Virus record (IMG/VR): IMGVR_UViG_3300035698_000446
Origin: an uncultured virus (IMG/VR IMGVR_UViG_3300035698_000446)
Lineage: Duplodnaviria; Heunggongvirae; Uroviricota; Caudoviricetes
DNA: 64,000 bases
Reading direction: 5' to 3' (one strand)
A program made the position numbers and the translations under genes. This document shows positions 38,003 to 46,729 of the stretch, one piece after another (the first letter of the stretch is position 1; each line of letters opens with the position of its first letter). The notes beneath the pieces were generated by a model. It was not told where the DNA came from, made no database searches, and saw only the letters and a list, made by a program, of their open reading frames with translations.

Positions 38003-38233
38003 ATGGATGTATTAGCAACAGTAAAGAAATGGTCAGCTGGAATCGCTGATGTAGCAGTTTCACTAATGGCAATGTTTATTGCATTAGAAGTACTAGGCGC
38101 AGGCAAAGTACCATTTTTTCCAGACGTAGCTGTAATTGGCAACGTAACTGGCATTATCAAAACCTTAGGAGCTGAAGGCTTAGTAGGATTGGTAGCTGTA
38201 TGGGTGTTATACTCAATTTGGAATAAGAAGTAA
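38003..38233 (+). CDS. Small membrane protein (76 aa, two hydrophobic helices)
   Basis: SD AGGAGG before ATG 38003. 'IADVAVSLMAMFIALEVLG' and 'GLVGLVAVWVLYSIWNKK'. Own promoter and terminator. Confidence 0.8.
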   Translation: MDVLATVKKWSAGIADVAVSLMAMFIALEVLGAGKVPFFPDVAVIGNVTGIIKTLGAEGLVGLVAVWVLYSIWNKK

Positions 38234-38272
38234 GAGAATATCCTTACACCATTTCCACAGAACAGTAACAAG

Positions 38273-38301
38273 AAAGCACTCTTAATTGGGTGCTTTTTTT
38301 T
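38273..38301 (+). terminator. Intrinsic terminator
   Basis: AAAGCACTC-TTAATT-GGGTGCTTT followed by T-run. Confidence 0.8.
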
Positions 38302-38469
38302 GACGGTGTTTTCTAAGACAACCTAACAGAACGTTAAGTCGTAGTTATCGCATAATAAAGATATTGCTTACTATTAAAAGATGTCTTTGACATCTAACTT
38401 CTCGCTAACACTCGAAGTTCTTTTCCTTTAATCTAATTACCTTATATTACTTTGATATACTGTATGTTC

Positions 38470-38817
38470 TTAACTGCTTTATCTAGATCTTTCAGCCATA
38501 CTTCACCTACTGCAAGGCAAAGTATGAAAGACACTTTATCTGAGTCTTACGCACATACTAACTAAAAGAGATTGTTTACATAACACGGAGGCGGTCAGCC
38601 TGTACCCCCTACTCTTGCTTCATCTGGCGGATGCTTTGATAACCGTAGTTAGCCAATTATCAAAGTCACGTAGGTTGCTTTTTCTCAGAGCCTACATCTT
38701 TTGGTTTTTAAACCTATAGAATGCCGTGTCGTCCTGTGTGTAGTCTTCTCTACACGTTCCAAGTAGGCATAACCTACCATCTCCCCAGGACACAGAATAC
38801 ATCTGCATCATTGACTG
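38470..38817 (-). ncRNA. Candidate large structured non-coding RNA (unassigned family)
   Basis: ORF-free, GC-enriched stretch with at least 7 helices, a long-range helix and two possible pseudoknots. G-U pairs favour the minus strand. Starts at the GIY-YIG stop codon. Confidence 0.55.
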
Positions 38818-39267
38818 CTATATTTTTTTTAAATCTTCTACTAGAATATTTTTTACGGAACCTATTCCAAGTCTAATATTAATGATCCCATTGTAGTTAT
38901 CATCTCTCAATAGGACATCTTCTTTAAACTGAAAATACGCCTCCATATAGTTGGTCTCACCACGTGTTTTACACAAATATAGTATTTCACGAGTGAACTT
39001 TTCTTTTCCTAATTCTTCGACATCTCTAACCAACCTTTCGGATGATCCGTAATATGTTTTCCAGTCTGTTTCAACTGTTTCTCTACGTTTATTTTTCTTG
39101 CCTTTTAGAGGTGGTCTCTTTTTGATAGTCCAGAAAAATTTACGACCTACGTAATCGTGTCCGTTTTCTGTGTTTGTGATTCTGTATACGAACCCGTAGT
39201 TGTCACCGATGTCCTCAGACTCAAAGGCAGTACCGTTATAAGTCCAAGGATTATCGTATGATGACAT
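38818..39267 (-). CDS. Compact GIY-YIG nuclease (catalytic domain only)
   Basis: 'GFVYRITNTENGHDYVGRK', 'YYGSS', 'FTREIL', 'NYMEA', 'NYN'. Basic insert 'KKRPPLKGKKNKRR'. No NUMOD DNA-binding tail. Confidence 0.8.
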   Translation of the reverse strand: MSSYDNPWTYNGTAFESEDIGDNYGFVYRITNTENGHDYVGRKFFWTIKKRPPLKGKKNKRRETVETDWKTYYGSSERLVRDVEELGKEKFTREILYLCKTRGETNYMEAYFQFKEDVLLRDDNYNGIINIRLGIGSVKNILVEDLKKI

Positions 39268-39440
39268 TATCCTGCGTTTTTCTTATCTTGAATTTCTGCT
39301 CGACGTGCTTTTGCTAGTTTAGCTAGATCACCTAGTGCTTTACGTGCCCTAGTACCCGCCGATTTATTACCGCCTTCAAACTTGGCACTTTCAGCCACAT
39401 ATGAGTCTAATTGTGCTAAAATATCTGTATGAATTGACAT
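39267..39440 (-). CDS. Histone H1-like (Hc1-family) small basic protein, 57 aa
   Basis: Below track cutoff. MSIHTDILAQLDSYVAESAKFEGGNKSAGTRARKALGDLAKLAKARRAEIQDKKNAG, with SD TAAGGA and TAATG overlap with the GIY-YIG gene. Confidence 0.78.
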   Translation of the reverse strand: MSIHTDILAQLDSYVAESAKFEGGNKSAGTRARKALGDLAKLAKARRAEIQDKKNAG

Positions 39441-39462
39441 ATTTCTTGTTCCTTATTGAATG

Positions 39463-39651
39463 TTATACTGCTATTGTGAAACGTCTTGCTACTTCTTTTT
39501 TATACCTTGCTTTCTCTTTGTTGCGAGAACTTTTTTCTATCGCTTCTTCTAGTCTTGCCTTGCTCCATCCTTTGATTCGTGGCTTACCATTGCATGTTGC
39601 TTCTGGATTTGCTTTGCGTCTTCCTGGATGTATTCTTCCTGTCTGCGCCAT
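39463..39651 (-). CDS. Small basic hypothetical protein (62 aa)
   Basis: SD AAGGAG, Arg/Lys-rich. Confidence 0.65.
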   Translation of the reverse strand: MAQTGRIHPGRRKANPEATCNGKPRIKGWSKARLEEAIEKSSRNKEKARYKKEVARRFTIAV

Positions 39652-39670
39652 ATCAATACTCCTTTATTCA

Positions 39671-39701
39671 ACTTACCTTCTACTTACCTTCTACTTACCT
39701 T
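39671..39701. repeat. 11-bp tandem repeat x3 (ACTTACCTTCT)
   Basis: acttaccttct acttaccttct acttacctt, seen directly. Confidence 0.85.
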
Positions 39702-39731
39702 AGTTTAAATGCACTAGACGCGATATTGATT

Positions 39732-40835
39732 TTAATTAGTTTCATAACCAACAGCATAATCATGATCAACTATATCTGAACTGCATTTATATTGGCATTC
39801 AGTCCAGCTGGTGTCTTTGTTATCTAAATGATTAAAAAAGGATTCCCAAATCGGATCATTTAATATTTCTTCTAACGTTCTTTGATTTAAATTTAACCGC
39901 GATTGATTTACGGTAAAGAAGTCATCTTCAAAACTTATGTGTTTGGCGTCGGATGTTAAACTACTGTAAGGTAACCCTTTCCAACTACATGGATATAGTA
40001 TTCCATTTGCATTGACATACATTCCTTGTGTACCTATTAGGCACAAAGGTGTTATAGCTCGATTGTACTTATCCTGAATCTTATTAAAATGAATTTCTTT
40101 AGTTTTTATGTAGTCAGTGTTATCTAACGCCCTTGATGTAACAGGAATCATTATCCGTTCGTATCTATTAGTAGTACTAATAAACTCTGGCCTAGGCTCT
40201 AGAGGATCATTAGACCCCCCATAAGTTTCGTCATACTTGCTACCAAATTTGGTACTTTTAGTTAATTGCACAGCATCACATCCTAGTTTCCTTGCCTGTT
40301 CAACTATGTTATTAATTTTATCCTGATTGTATTTAAAAATAATTGTAGCCCAATTAACAAATGCATCAGACTGCTGAGCCATAATTTCTATGCCTGTCAT
40401 AATACTGTCCCAATTGCTATTGATCCTGTAGATGTTGTTTGACTCTTCGTCAAACCCGTCTATACTAAAATTAACAGTGTCTCGACTGTTACTAATCTGA
40501 GCAAATTCTTTCCACCAGTTAACATCCTTGTAACTGCCATTGGTTATTGTAAACAGATGTATGTTGGGGTTAGTAGATTTGATGTACCTACATATTTCTA
40601 AGTATTCTTTGTTATATATTGGATCACCAAGATCACCACACATGGTGATACGTTTAACAGTGTTAGTAAGCAGGTTGGGGGACAGTATTTTTTGGAAGGT
40701 AGCTAATGTAATATCAGAATTTAATTTTAACTGCTCCTGATATTCTGTTCTAGGACAACGCGGACATTTTAAGGTACACTTGCTGGTGATGCCAAAATGC
40801 CAATGATATAGTTGCCATGGATATATTAAGTTCAT
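39732..40835 (-). CDS. Radical SAM protein with twitch/SPASM-like C-terminus
   Basis: 'CTLKCPRC', 'MCGDLGDP', 'TNGS', 'FSIDG', 'C...YVNANGILYPC', 'CQYKC'. Confidence 0.9.
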   Translation of the reverse strand: MNLIYPWQLYHWHFGITSKCTLKCPRCPRTEYQEQLKLNSDITLATFQKILSPNLLTNTVKRITMCGDLGDPIYNKEYLEICRYIKSTNPNIHLFTITNGSYKDVNWWKEFAQISNSRDTVNFSIDGFDEESNNIYRINSNWDSIMTGIEIMAQQSDAFVNWATIIFKYNQDKINNIVEQARKLGCDAVQLTKSTKFGSKYDETYGGSNDPLEPRPEFISTTNRYERIMIPVTSRALDNTDYIKTKEIHFNKIQDKYNRAITPLCLIGTQGMYVNANGILYPCSWKGLPYSSLTSDAKHISFEDDFFTVNQSRLNLNQRTLEEILNDPIWESFFNHLDNKDTSWTECQYKCSSDIVDHDYAVGYETN

Positions 40836-41464
40836 GCGGTCATACTTATCTTAGTGATAAGATTCTTATGATCATTTAAGATCTGATCAAACACAGGTAT
40901 AAGATCACTAGTCTGCATGTGAGGTATTTGATCATACAAGTCATTGACCTTGTCAGCCGGCACATTTCCACGATTGCGATTAAAATTGGTCTTGGTTAGT
41001 GCGGGGTGCATTATTGTAAATCCTATGTTCTTGTCTTTTAATTCGTATTTGATAGTACTCATAAATGCATCCAGCGCATGTTTAGATGTGCCATAAACTC
41101 CGTACCCTGGATAATATCCGTCAACAACTTGGCTCCCAAGAACAACAACCTTGCTCCATGGTTTAAATAATCTCTGTTGAACATACTTGTGGATTAGAAT
41201 AATATTAGCGGTAAGGTTTACATTTATTGTGTTTATGAAATCAGTCGGCTTCATATTAACGAACGGAGCCCTTCCGTTGGTATCTACACCAGCACATAAT
41301 ATCAGATAATCGTATTCTCTAAGATCAACAGTGTCAATGTTAAAATTTGATAGATCTAACTCTTGACGTGTTGGTGCAGTAACACTATAGTTATTAGATT
41401 CTAAATGTTGTTTAAATTCCTGACCAATGCCCGAACTTCCGCCTGTTAAAAATACATTCATCAT
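40832..41464 (-). CDS. Short-chain dehydrogenase/reductase
   Basis: 'TGGSSGIG', 'LCAG', catalytic 'YGTSK'. Confidence 0.9.
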   Translation of the reverse strand: MMNVFLTGGSSGIGQEFKQHLESNNYSVTAPTRQELDLSNFNIDTVDLREYDYLILCAGVDTNGRAPFVNMKPTDFINTINVNLTANIILIHKYVQQRLFKPWSKVVVLGSQVVDGYYPGYGVYGTSKHALDAFMSTIKYELKDKNIGFTIMHPALTKTNFNRNRGNVPADKVNDLYDQIPHMQTSDLIPVFDQILNDHKNLITKISMTA

Positions 41465-43233
41465 GACATCTCAACATCAGTGTCATACATAGTGAATCCG
41501 TTTTCTTTGATCACAGTCATAATGTTATTTACTCGTCCTGCTAGCTCGTCTCGGTGTGATACCAACCAAATTGACTTGTTATGTTCGCGTGCCATTTTCT
41601 TGAGGATACTCATGGCATTTTCAACACCCGACGCATCCATACCCGAATCCACTAATTCATCAATAAACAACAAGTTAATTGGTTGATACAGGCTTTCCCA
41701 AACATCACGGAATGCCCAGCTCAATGACAAGATCAATCTGTTACGCTCGCCTCTTGACAAGTTATCAAAGTCTAAATCTCTACCTAGTTCAGTGATCTCA
41801 ACGGTTAGGTCATTCAGGAAGGTAACTGAGTGGGGGAGACCTATCCTATCAAGATACTGTCCTAGGCGAGCATTTAGATAACTCAAATTTTGATCAATAA
41901 TTCGTTTACGCACAAAACTGTCTTTGTTGGTTAATAGTTTGTACAAGAAGTCTTGATGTTCTTGCATACGCTGATATCCATTGATAGCATCATAATTGAT
42001 CTCTTCAGCAGTTGTGGCTTCCATCTCTGCTATTTGGTCAACATAAGGATCTTCTTCTTTTCCCTTGCTGACTAATTGTGTTTCTAAGTTGGCTACCGAA
42101 CTTCGATGATGGATGGCATCTTCGTGATTAGAATAGAATGTTTTGGGTTTATCTCCCAACGTGCCTAGCTCAGCCAACGCAGTTTCTAATTCGTTGAGTT
42201 CACCTTGGTGTTTAGCATGTAATGTTTGTGCCTCAACTATGCTGTCTTCTTTGCCTTGTAAAACTTCTTCGTGTTTTCCGTCATGTAGTTCTTGCCCACA
42301 TGCATAACACTTATGTTCTTTAAGCTGATCTATTTCTTTTTGTAGTTTTTGCAGATTACTGTCTTCTCTTTGCACATCTTTTGTAATACGTACAATTAAA
42401 TTTGCTATTTCTGCAATTTCTTTTTCTTTTTTTGCATATTCTGCAAGTTCTTTGTGCTGTTCAATTTCAGCATCAATGTCAATCTTAAGCAGTTCATCTA
42501 ATGCCGACAGTATCTCTTCCTGACTTTCTTGATGTTTCTTTTGCCACATGAGTTGTCTACGTTTTAGGCTTTCAACCTGCTCCTGCATTTTGCTGTTTGA
42601 CTCTTGGATCGATTTGATCTTGTATTCTTCTTCCTTGATAGCATCACGAGTAACTTTTTGTTCTTCTTTAAGGGTCTCGGCTTTTTCGCTTAGTACTGTA
42701 ATACCTAATAGTTGTTCGATGATGGCACGCTGGTCATTAGGTTTAAGTGAAAGGAACGGTTCCGTGTAAGTGTTTAAGGCCACAACATGTTTGAACATCT
42801 CGTGTTTCATGTTAAGCAGGCGTTCTATTTCTTTTTGTGTTTCTCTAGAGTCTCCTTGGGCATTATCATCTTTCTCTTCCTGCTCCTCACCACCTACGTA
42901 GAATTTTAATATGTTGGGCTTACGTCCACGCTCGATCTTGTATTCAATACCATTGTGTTCAAACTCTACAGTAACCAGCATGGCTTTAGCATTTGTCTTA
43001 TTGACTAAGTTGTCTCGACGAATGTTAGTTAATGCTACGCCATAGAACGCATATGAAAGGGCGTTGATGATAGTGGTCTTACCAGTTCCATTACGGGCGC
43101 CACTATCATCGCCTCCAAGATCTATATTCTTGCCTAGTACTAAGGTGAGGTCATCGCGATCGAACGACACCGCTTGCGTTGAGTTACCAACACTCATAAA
43201 GTTTTTAACTGTGAGGTTCTTTATTTTAAACAA
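41461..43233 (-). CDS. gp46: Recombination exonuclease ATPase subunit (Rad50/SbcC-like)
   Basis: 'KNFMSVGN', Walker A 'NGTGKTT', Zn-hook 'CYACGQ', signature 'LSRGE', 'LFIDE..DSGMD', 'VSH'. Confidence 0.95.
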   Translation of the reverse strand: MFKIKNLTVKNFMSVGNSTQAVSFDRDDLTLVLGKNIDLGGDDSGARNGTGKTTIINALSYAFYGVALTNIRRDNLVNKTNAKAMLVTVEFEHNGIEYKIERGRKPNILKFYVGGEEQEEKDDNAQGDSRETQKEIERLLNMKHEMFKHVVALNTYTEPFLSLKPNDQRAIIEQLLGITVLSEKAETLKEEQKVTRDAIKEEEYKIKSIQESNSKMQEQVESLKRRQLMWQKKHQESQEEILSALDELLKIDIDAEIEQHKELAEYAKKEKEIAEIANLIVRITKDVQREDSNLQKLQKEIDQLKEHKCYACGQELHDGKHEEVLQGKEDSIVEAQTLHAKHQGELNELETALAELGTLGDKPKTFYSNHEDAIHHRSSVANLETQLVSKGKEEDPYVDQIAEMEATTAEEINYDAINGYQRMQEHQDFLYKLLTNKDSFVRKRIIDQNLSYLNARLGQYLDRIGLPHSVTFLNDLTVEITELGRDLDFDNLSRGERNRLILSLSWAFRDVWESLYQPINLLFIDELVDSGMDASGVENAMSILKKMAREHNKSIWLVSHRDELAGRVNNIMTVIKENGFTMYDTDVEMS

Positions 43234-44250
43234 TTATAAATCTCTGTAGATTGACAATAACAAATTGGGATCGTATGTGTCGCTTTGTATGCTAGTCAGC
43301 TGATTGGTAACGATAGTGTCAATCGATTCAAATGCCACGTTGCCTAACTGTATGTCATCACCGATGGTGACTTCTTTGACTGGTAGCAGTGATAGCTCAC
43401 GCAGTTTGTAAGTGCTAACAAATGTTTCTTTGATAAACGTTGCTTCTTCATACGTAATGTCAATGTCTAGCTTAACTCGACAGTGCATTCCGGGTTGAAG
43501 CAATAATTCGGGTGTTTTAAGTACAGCACTCAAATCGTAAACTCTATATCTAGGTTGATCTGGCCAAGAATGATGCACTGGCTTTTCGCCCCAGGCAATA
43601 ATAGTCATACCCCTGTCATCATCTCCAGCGTCTGCATAGTTGTGTGGGAAACAATTACCAACGTAGGTAATATTTTTGTTAGTCTGCCGTTTGTGGAAAT
43701 GTCCTGAGAACATGTGCCCAACGCCCTTAAAGTGATCTCTGTTAATCTCTCCTACGTCTGGCATCTGTACCATGGCGTTCATGTAAAAGCTAGGAAGTTC
43801 AAAATGTCCAAACATGTACTCGGCATCAATCTTCTGTACCTTCTTGTGATCATCACCTACCAACCAAGGCACAAACGATACTCCACCTTCTTTGTAAAAG
43901 TCGTTAACTATTTCAACGTTTGGAATGTGGCGTGCCCATTGAGCTGATTGTATGTCACGTTTGTCTCTGTAGTACAAGTCATGGTTGCCAGGAATAAACA
44001 TCACACGATCAAATGCCTGTCCTAATAGTTCCAAAGCTGTTAAACTATAGTTGAGTGTAACGATATTAATTGCGGCCCTGTTGTTGTGCCAGTCACCTAA
44101 CATCAGACAAGTTTCACACCCTTCTTCTTTTGCTTTGGTAATAAACCACTTGACAAAGTTCAAACAATCCTCGTTATGAGTCGTTGAATTGGATTTTAAG
44201 CCAAAGTGAATGTCAGTGAGAATTGCCGCTTTCTTAAATAGATTTGCCAT
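43234..44250 (-). CDS. gp47: Recombination exonuclease nuclease subunit (Mre11/SbcD-like)
   Basis: 'TDIHFG', 'LGDW', 'GNHD', 'GHFE', 'SGHFH'. Confidence 0.95.
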   Translation of the reverse strand: MANLFKKAAILTDIHFGLKSNSTTHNEDCLNFVKWFITKAKEEGCETCLMLGDWHNNRAAINIVTLNYSLTALELLGQAFDRVMFIPGNHDLYYRDKRDIQSAQWARHIPNVEIVNDFYKEGGVSFVPWLVGDDHKKVQKIDAEYMFGHFELPSFYMNAMVQMPDVGEINRDHFKGVGHMFSGHFHKRQTNKNITYVGNCFPHNYADAGDDDRGMTIIAWGEKPVHHSWPDQPRYRVYDLSAVLKTPELLLQPGMHCRVKLDIDITYEEATFIKETFVSTYKLRELSLLPVKEVTIGDDIQLGNVAFESIDTIVTNQLTSIQSDTYDPNLLLSIYRDL

Positions 44251-44257
44251 ATATTAT

Positions 44258-44286
44258 ATTATAGATGATTTTTTGATCAATGTCTA
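44258..44286 (-). promoter_or_regulatory. Sigma70-type promoter for gp47 operon
   Basis: TAGACA-17-TATAAT, ATG 7 nt after the -10 box. Confidence 0.6.
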
Positions 44287-45774
44287 CCCGTATCCCATTG
44301 CTTTGGCAATATCTGTGTGAGTTTTTAGAAAATTTTGATTACGTAGTCGATCAAATCGACGCATCTCTTTGCAAAATTCTTTGCCGTCACCTGGTTTAAT
44401 GTTTGATATTTTATCAATGATTCCTCTGACCTTTTCTTGATCATCTGAGCTGAAATTATAATTAGATAATTTATCAAGTACTAATTCTTTAGCTTGTGCA
44501 GTTAAGCTATCAACAGCCAGGTACGTTGGGGCAGTAACATAGTTTAAATAATAACTATCGACCTCAATTAAATTTGCCCAATCAATAATTTCTGGCAGAT
44601 AAAAGACATTCTGTATATTCACAGTGATGGCAATATCGATTTTAAGACTTTTTATTTTTTTTCCTAGCTTAACGAATTTTCTTATATTATTTTCTACATC
44701 TGCCCATTTAGCACCAGATCTTTCAAGTTCGAATCGATCGTCAATATTGTCGATACTAATGGTGATTTCTAATTTCTTTAGTTGATCTGCATGATCTAAA
44801 ATTTTAGGATACTGCGTACCATTAGTATTAAAATAAAATATAGTATCGTGACCAAGATCATTTTCTATTAGAAATTCGATGAAATCATTATTTTGTTTTA
44901 ACAGAAAAGGTTCGCCACCTAAGAATTCAAAATTCTTAATTTTTGGTGCTAGTTGTTTAACTTGATCCCAAAAAGTTGTGCCAGATGCCCAAGAAGCTTC
45001 GTGTGAGATAGTATAGTGTTTAGATTTTTTTTGATCAACTCTTGGTAATTCACTCAGTAATTCGTTTGCAATAGACGAACTAAATGCACTACTACAAATC
45101 CGACATTTTAAGTTACATAAATTTCCCATATGGCCGCCAAGAAATGCTAACTGACCTTCTTGCTCCCAATTAATTAATCCATAGATATTTTCAAGTTTAT
45201 GAGGAGTTAGCGTTCTCTTACTATCTAATTGTAGTTCTTCTCTTTGCCAACAAATCTGGCAGTTATTGGCTTTTTTGTTCTCTCTGAATTGCTGTCTCAG
45301 ATCCTGCATCCATGTACTATCTAATATCTGTTCTATGGTATTTTCTTTGATATTATAATACTCTCCGTTGGGTTTAGTAATTTTTTGAGTAGAATCACAG
45401 CAAGCACCACAAGTTCCGTCAGGCCACACATGGATACCTGCCCAGGCATGAGCACACATTGAATTAGCTATGTTAAATACAGGCTTGTGTTCAGTAGTAT
45501 CAGATTTTTTAAACTCGTAATCGGCAAATTGATAAGTTTGATGACTATCTACTACTAAAATAAAAAAGTCTGGAATATCTAAGTAAACTATTGTATCTTT
45601 GATATGCTGGATCAGATCCGAGGGTAACGGGGTGTAATTATAAAAAACAATTCGTTTAGGATTGTGAAAAATATCACGTTTTACTGAATTTAGGAAACGA
45701 TAAAAACTAGAAGATTCTTGAGTTAACAAGTCTTCTAATACTATGCTGTCTAATACTTGATATTGGTCAAGCAT
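44284..45774 (-). CDS. Radical SAM protein with N-terminal twitch/SPASM-like domain
   Basis: 'CAHAW..IHVWPDG..GACC...CQICW' precedes 'CNLKCRIC', 'GGEPF', 'NTNGT', 'ISID'. Confidence 0.88.
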   Translation of the reverse strand: MLDQYQVLDSIVLEDLLTQESSSFYRFLNSVKRDIFHNPKRIVFYNYTPLPSDLIQHIKDTIVYLDIPDFFILVVDSHQTYQFADYEFKKSDTTEHKPVFNIANSMCAHAWAGIHVWPDGTCGACCDSTQKITKPNGEYYNIKENTIEQILDSTWMQDLRQQFRENKKANNCQICWQREELQLDSKRTLTPHKLENIYGLINWEQEGQLAFLGGHMGNLCNLKCRICSSAFSSSIANELLSELPRVDQKKSKHYTISHEASWASGTTFWDQVKQLAPKIKNFEFLGGEPFLLKQNNDFIEFLIENDLGHDTIFYFNTNGTQYPKILDHADQLKKLEITISIDNIDDRFELERSGAKWADVENNIRKFVKLGKKIKSLKIDIAITVNIQNVFYLPEIIDWANLIEVDSYYLNYVTAPTYLAVDSLTAQAKELVLDKLSNYNFSSDDQEKVRGIIDKISNIKPGDGKEFCKEMRRFDRLRNQNFLKTHTDIAKAMGYG

Positions 45775-45822
45775 ATTCGCCTCCTTAAATAGATTAGCCT
45801 TACGTTGAATTTCTGCTTAATG

Positions 45823-46701
45823 TCACTCGTCACCGCTACCACCAGCGCCACCCCAATTGTTCAAACGGGTGTAACTAGGACTAAAGTTATTCATTTCTAA
45901 TATGTCGTCACGGATATTTTGATTGCGTTTTTCGATGTTTAACACACGGGTAAACGAATTGGTAATAGCCGCTGTATAATAAGCAAACGGATTTTGACTT
46001 TTGCTCTCATCAAACTGTAGACCAATTTGGCTTAGCTGTAGCAAGGCTTGACTACGCATCTCATCATTGTAAGTGTAACCACGCCAGTTACTACGTGTAG
46101 CATAACGTTCGCACAGTTTAATAAACATGTGTGCTAGTTTGTTAGTCATTGCTCCGTGGTCTCTAGAGAACTTGCCTTTCGCTAATGTGCCTTTCCAATG
46201 ACTTTTACCTACTAGATAAGGAACACCCTCTTCGTCAACACAATAATGAAAGAATGGCGGAAAGTTTACCTTAACATATTTGGTAATGCCTTTGGCTAAC
46301 GTCGGGTCGTCATCATATTCGGTCGTAACTTCTTCATCCTCGGCTTCTTCTACTGCCTTAAGATCTGCTTTAGCCTGTTTAACATCATCAATTGGAATAT
46401 GCTCAAACGTCATAACTCGAAAAACAATATCAGTTATTGGAATGTCTTTGGTAGGAGTTAACACCTCATCCATTTTCTTTTTAATGCCTTCTAAAGCATA
46501 AGCCTCAATTGTTGCTTTGGCTAAACGTTCTGCACGCATTTTCCGTGCTTCTGCGATGTTTTTCTTAGTAATAGAGCTCACATTGCTGAGTATCATGTCA
46601 TAACTGGTAACTTCAGGTGATGTGAAGACACAGTACGCAAGTTTGCTCTTGTGTATTTCTTTTAATATATCTTTATTGTTCAGATAGTTCACTTTTCTCA
46701 T
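45823..46701 (-). CDS. gp55: Late-transcription sigma factor
   Basis: 'VNYLNNKD', 'NWRGYTYNDEM', 'FDESKSQNPFAYYT....NSF.R....EK'. Confidence 0.9.
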   Translation of the reverse strand: MRKVNYLNNKDILKEIHKSKLAYCVFTSPEVTSYDMILSNVSSITKKNIAEARKMRAERLAKATIEAYALEGIKKKMDEVLTPTKDIPITDIVFRVMTFEHIPIDDVKQAKADLKAVEEAEDEEVTTEYDDDPTLAKGITKYVKVNFPPFFHYCVDEEGVPYLVGKSHWKGTLAKGKFSRDHGAMTNKLAHMFIKLCERYATRSNWRGYTYNDEMRSQALLQLSQIGLQFDESKSQNPFAYYTAAITNSFTRVLNIEKRNQNIRDDILEMNNFSPSYTRLNNWGGAGGSGDE

Positions 46702-46729
46702 ATAGCAAGGTTCCTTTTAAACTACTACT

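Noticed and set aside
38470..38817. Group I/II intron, tmRNA, RNase P, tRNA or hammerhead assignment for the structured element
   Set aside because: No interrupted gene flanks it. I could not find the P7 GACU/AGUC pair, group II domain V, a tRNA-like T-arm with CCA, the RNase P GAGGAAAGUCC motif or a CUGAUGA/GAAA core. Left unassigned.
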